From positions 1 through 20,886 of the forward strand of contig JBBRDV010000020.1 of the NCBI GenBank assembly GCA_038203565.1: 20,886 bases of DNA, in the 5' to 3' direction. Positions 17,573 to 20,886 of this stretch are shown here, one piece after another. Below the pieces are notes generated by a model. That model saw nothing but the letters and a program-made list of their open reading frames with translations. It did not search any database and was not told where the DNA came from. Positions within the stretch are counted from its first letter, which is position 1. Each line of letters begins with the position of its first letter. The position numbers were made by a program, and so were the translations under genes. Source of the stretch: Atribacterota bacterium (GTDB taxonomy: Bacteria > Atribacterota > Phoenicimicrobiia > Phoenicimicrobiales > Phoenicimicrobiaceae).

Positions 17573-18097
17573 ATGTTGGAAAATATTTTTAAATATGCTA
17601 TCTTTTTGACTGCCTGGGGATGGGCAGGGTTTGTATTTGACCGAAAAGGCTTGCTGATTTTTGTTTTGCCGGAAGAGAAGAAAGAAGATGTTCTTTTTCA
17701 CATAAAGAAAGAGTTAAAATGCAATAATCTTTTCGAAGATAATAGAGGTTGTGAAAATTTAATTCAAAAGGTTAAAGAATATTATACCGGCAAGAAAGTT
17801 GATTTTACAGATTACCAGTTGAGCTTAGACAGTTATACGAATTTTAAGAAAGAAATTCTACAGACAGTTAAAAAAATTCCTTATGGTGAAATCCGGTCCT
17901 ATAAAGAGGCAGCAGAAGCGGCCGGTTATCCTCGGGCATATCGGGCAGTGGGAAGCGCCATGAGAAATAATCCTTTACCATTAGTCGTCCCCTGTCATCG
18001 GGTTATAAAAAATGACGGTAGTTTAGGGGGATTTTCCGGTCAAAAGGATAATCCTTTAAAAAAGAAGATGATAGATTTGGAATCTGAAGGAAAATAA
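17573..18097 (+). CDS. ogt: Methylated-DNA--protein-cysteine S-methyltransferase
   Basis: IPYGEIRSY, RAVGSAMRNNPLPLVVPCHRVI (PCHR active site); RBS AGGAG before ATG 17573. Confidence 0.93.
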   Translation: MLENIFKYAIFLTAWGWAGFVFDRKGLLIFVLPEEKKEDVLFHIKKELKCNNLFEDNRGCENLIQKVKEYYTGKKVDFTDYQLSLDSYTNFKKEILQTVKKIPYGEIRSYKEAAEAAGYPRAYRAVGSAMRNNPLPLVVPCHRVIKNDGSLGGFSGQKDNPLKKKMIDLESEGK

Positions 18098-18307
18098 AGG
18101 GTTTACGAACCATTGCTGAACCATGCCCAATATAAAGGCCAGATCAATGGGTTGATGTTTGTTGATAAACTTGTTTAATTGTTCCGGTGAAAGCAGATCT
18201 AAAGATAAAATATTATTGTTAGTCTCAATTAAAGCCTTGCGAATAGCGTCTACATCTTCAATAGGGATATATTCTCTAAAGAGTCCCTTACGTTCTCTCT
18301 GACTCAC
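18056..18307 (-). CDS. Hypothetical 83-aa protein or gene fragment
   Basis: GTG-started ORF filling the ogt-HPP gap with protein-like composition; weak RBS, 42-bp overlap with the ogt 3' end. Confidence 0.3.
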   Translation of the reverse strand: MSQRERKGLFREYIPIEDVDAIRKALIETNNNILSLDLLSPEQLNKFINKHQPIDLAFILGMVQQWFVNPLFSFRFQIYHLLF

Positions 18308-18401
18308 CTAGTTATAGATAAATAAAATATTTTTTATCATACTTTTTTATCCTTTTTTGTTTTATTGTAACATATCACCCATAGTTTTAAAAAAAGTAAA
18401 G

Positions 18402-18908
18402 TTAAACCAAATCTTTTAACCATGATTTTAGTAAATATTTGATTAGCGATAAGAGAGAAATAGTGATAAGAATGACCAGTATAGTTGAATATGACCATCC
18501 TTGAATAACTATGCCCAGGGCGGTGCCGGCGGCAGGAGGATGTTCGGTGTTAGTAATAACCATAATGAAGATAGATAATCCTACAGAGAGGGAAGGAATA
18601 AGAATTTTTATCACATTCTGAGTAAGGAAAATATTTTCACTGTTTTGGGCAAAAGAAGCAATATAAAAACAAAAGACTCCCACGATGATACCGATTATAT
18701 GCCCTCCCATGACCCTTCGAGGTTGAGCAGTGGTGTAGTTTGGCATAGCGAAAATAATAAAAGTTGTTGCTCCCAGAGAAGCAACAACTGCGGAATCAGT
18801 AAATATATTTTCAAAATAAAGAATAATGGTCAGAGCCATCGTAGCCAATAGACTTTGGAGTAGGTAATTGGGAAAGAACTTTTTAAGTTTTTTATCAAAT
18901 ATTTGCAT
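18402..18908 (-). CDS. HPP family membrane protein
   Basis: ASLGAT, AQPRRVMGGH, TNTEHPPAAGTAL. Confidence 0.9.
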   Translation of the reverse strand: MQIFDKKLKKFFPNYLLQSLLATMALTIILYFENIFTDSAVVASLGATTFIIFAMPNYTTAQPRRVMGGHIIGIIVGVFCFYIASFAQNSENIFLTQNVIKILIPSLSVGLSIFIMVITNTEHPPAAGTALGIVIQGWSYSTILVILITISLLSLIKYLLKSWLKDLV

Positions 18909-18982
18909 ATTGTTTATCTCTTGGAATTATTATTTTTAGGGTTTCAGTCTATTCCAAATAACCGGTAGTTCCAAAAATTATT

Positions 18983-19639
18983 TTAATGCTTTATTTTATC
19001 GGCTAATTCAGTAATTCTTTTAGTCTCCCCGATTACAATTAGAAAATCGTCCCCTTTTATTATATCTTTTGGCTGGGGTGAGATATTGAAGTTAGTACCT
19101 CTTTTTATGGCTAAAACATTGATTCCGTATTTATTTTGCAGATCAAGTTGGCCCAAAATTTTATTCACAAATTCGGGCAAGGCCTCAATCTCAATAATAC
19201 TATAATCAGGTTCCAGTTCTATGTAATTTTTAATATTAGGAGTAACTAAATTGTTGGCAATTCTTCTCCCCATATCTCTTTCGGGAAATACTATTTTATC
19301 TACCCCGATCTTTTCTAAAACTTTTGCATGGAGATTGTTTTGGGCTTTAGCAATAATATATTTTAATCCCATTTCCTTTAACATCATATTGACCAGGATG
19401 CTTGTCTCTAAATTACTGCCAATGGCTACAATAGCTGTATCGAAATTGCTTACTCCCAATTCCTTTAAAGCTCTTTCCTCGGTAATATCAGCCTGTACTG
19501 CCTGAGTTATCTTATCTTTTAACTCATCTACCTTTTCTTCATCATTATCTACTCCCAGAACTTCCTGTCCTAATTCAACCAAAGTAGTTGCTATCGCAGA
19601 ACCAAATCTTCCCAAACCAAGAACGATAAATTGTTTCAT
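18983..19639 (-). CDS. ktrA: Ktr/Trk K+ uptake system RCK (NAD-binding) subunit
   Basis: MKQFIVLGLGRFG, KIGVDKIVFPERDMG, YGINVLAIKR; RBS GAGGAGG before ATG 19639. Confidence 0.9.
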   Translation of the reverse strand: MKQFIVLGLGRFGSAIATTLVELGQEVLGVDNDEEKVDELKDKITQAVQADITEERALKELGVSNFDTAIVAIGSNLETSILVNMMLKEMGLKYIIAKAQNNLHAKVLEKIGVDKIVFPERDMGRRIANNLVTPNIKNYIELEPDYSIIEIEALPEFVNKILGQLDLQNKYGINVLAIKRGTNFNISPQPKDIIKGDDFLIVIGETKRITELADKIKH

Positions 19640-19687
19640 GGAAAAAATACCTCCTCTTTTAAAATTGACCAATTGACCAATTTATTT

Positions 19688-20886
19688 TCATCCTACCATA
19701 ATTTTCTCTTCAGGATATCTAATCATTTCCGGTTCACGTTTTTGGATTAAGGCTAAAACAAGACCCAAAGGTCCAATTCTGCCGGCAAACATAGTGACAA
19801 TAATTATTATCTTGCCAGCTATAGTCAAAGACGAAGTAATACCTGTTGACAATCCTACCGTACCAAAAGCTGAAACAACCTCAAATAATACTTTTATAAA
19901 ATCCTCTCCTTCTGTATAAGACAATAGAATAGTCATGATAATAACCAGACCCAAGGAGAGGGTGATAACGTTTAAGGCTTTAACAATGATATCCTGTGAT
20001 ATTCTTCTTTTAAAGATTTGAATTTCTTCTTTCCCTTTTAGTGAAGACCAGACGTATAATATCAGTAAACCAAAAGTAGTCGTCTTAACTCCTCCTCCGG
20101 TAGAACTGGGAGAGGCACCTATAAACATTAAGATAATCATTAAGAAGAGAGTGGCGTTTTGCATACTTCCGATATGAATAGTATTAAAACCCGCAGTACG
20201 GGCAGTTACCGATTGAAAAATTGAACCATATATTTTCTCGGAGAAATCCAGGTTTCCCATGCTGGAAATGTTTTGAGATTCTATCAGGAATATAATTACG
20301 AAACCGACGAGAGTAAGTAGAAAGCTGATATTTAAAGCTAATTTAGTGTGCAAGGAGAGGATTCTGTCTTTTCTGTATTGAAAAAGTTCCAATAAAACCA
20401 AGAATCCGATTCCCCCCAATATGATTAGAATGATAAAAGTAAGATTTATGGCAAAATCTCCTTTGTAGCGAATGAGGCTATCTGAAAAGAGAGAAAATCC
20501 GGCATTACAAAAGGCGGAGATAGAATGAAAGACTGACAGACCTAAAGCTTGTAATGGGGGATAGGTCTTCTGCCAGTAAAAGAACAGGATGGTCGCCCCA
20601 ACAATTTCGATAACTGCTGTAAATATTAAGATATATTTTGCTAAGCGGACTAACCCCCCGATAGAAAATTGGTTTAAGGATTCCTGCATGATGAGTCTTT
20701 GCTTTAATGAGATTTTCTTCCCAACCAAAAAGGCAAACATGGTATACATCGTCATTATTCCTAACCCACCGCATTGCAAGAGAATCAGGATAATTGATTG
20801 CCCAAAAGTAGAAAAATCTTTTCCGGTATCCAGCACAATCAATCCGGTGACACAGGTGGCGGAAGTAGCAGTAAAAAGGGCATTAA
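19688..20886 (-). CDS. ktrB: Ktr/Trk K+ uptake membrane subunit, 5'-truncated by the window edge
   Basis: Frame open to the edge (NALFTATSATCVTGL); pore motifs SAFCNAGFS, RTAGFNT, SAFGTVGLSTG; STGGGVK. Confidence 0.92.
   Translation of the reverse strand, partial: NALFTATSATCVTGLIVLDTGKDFSTFGQSIILILLQCGGLGIMTMYTMFAFLVGKKISLKQRLIMQESLNQFSIGGLVRLAKYILIFTAVIEIVGATILFFYWQKTYPPLQALGLSVFHSISAFCNAGFSLFSDSLIRYKGDFAINLTFIILIILGGIGFLVLLELFQYRKDRILSLHTKLALNISFLLTLVGFVIIFLIESQNISSMGNLDFSEKIYGSIFQSVTARTAGFNTIHIGSMQNATLFLMIILMFIGASPSSTGGGVKTTTFGLLILYVWSSLKGKEEIQIFKRRISQDIIVKALNVITLSLGLVIIMTILLSYTEGEDFIKVLFEVVSAFGTVGLSTGITSSLTIAGKIIIIVTMFAGRIGPLGLVLALIQKREPEMIRYPEEKIMVG

Noticed and set aside
19663..19682. 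AATTGACC x2.5 between ktrB and ktrA
   Set aside because: Too short to assign a function.
1932..20774. Short antisense or alternate-frame ORFs inside larger genes (e.g. 1932-2129, 3126-3338, 8739-8987, 11442-13317, 18645-18851, 19251-19505, 20505-20774)
   Set aside because: Shadow ORFs of well-supported genes with no independent evidence.

Overview
AT-rich bacterial window from a probable anaerobe (Atribacterota-like by overall impression; not provable here). It opens in the 3' part of a glycyl-radical enzyme gene (HypD-like). The last 39 bp of that gene (988-1026) reappear at 8040-8078, delimiting a ~7 kb integrase-less defence island. The island carries an IS1182-like remnant, a minimal nucleotidyltransferase fused to a Cas2/VapD-like domain behind a promoter with two palindromic operators, a Type III R-M pair (mod broken by an apparent out-of-frame internal deletion, res intact), a DUF1016/YhcG nuclease and a stub of a possible second res. 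Next come an RRM RNA-binding protein with a long structured leader and an Fe-alcohol dehydrogenase. A ~4.7 kb operon follows (frameshifted adaptor, MacB/FtsX permease, ABC ATPase, TudS/DUF523-like protein, lipocalin), bracketed by an inverted 17-bp repeat. The remainder is housekeeping: cinA, DUF5698/UPF0316, MobA-like NTP transferase, ogt, HPP, ktrA and partial ktrB. A family of short 'AGGGAC(A/G)' REP-like hairpins sits at the borders of both accessory blocks. All family assignments come from motif recognition, not database searches.
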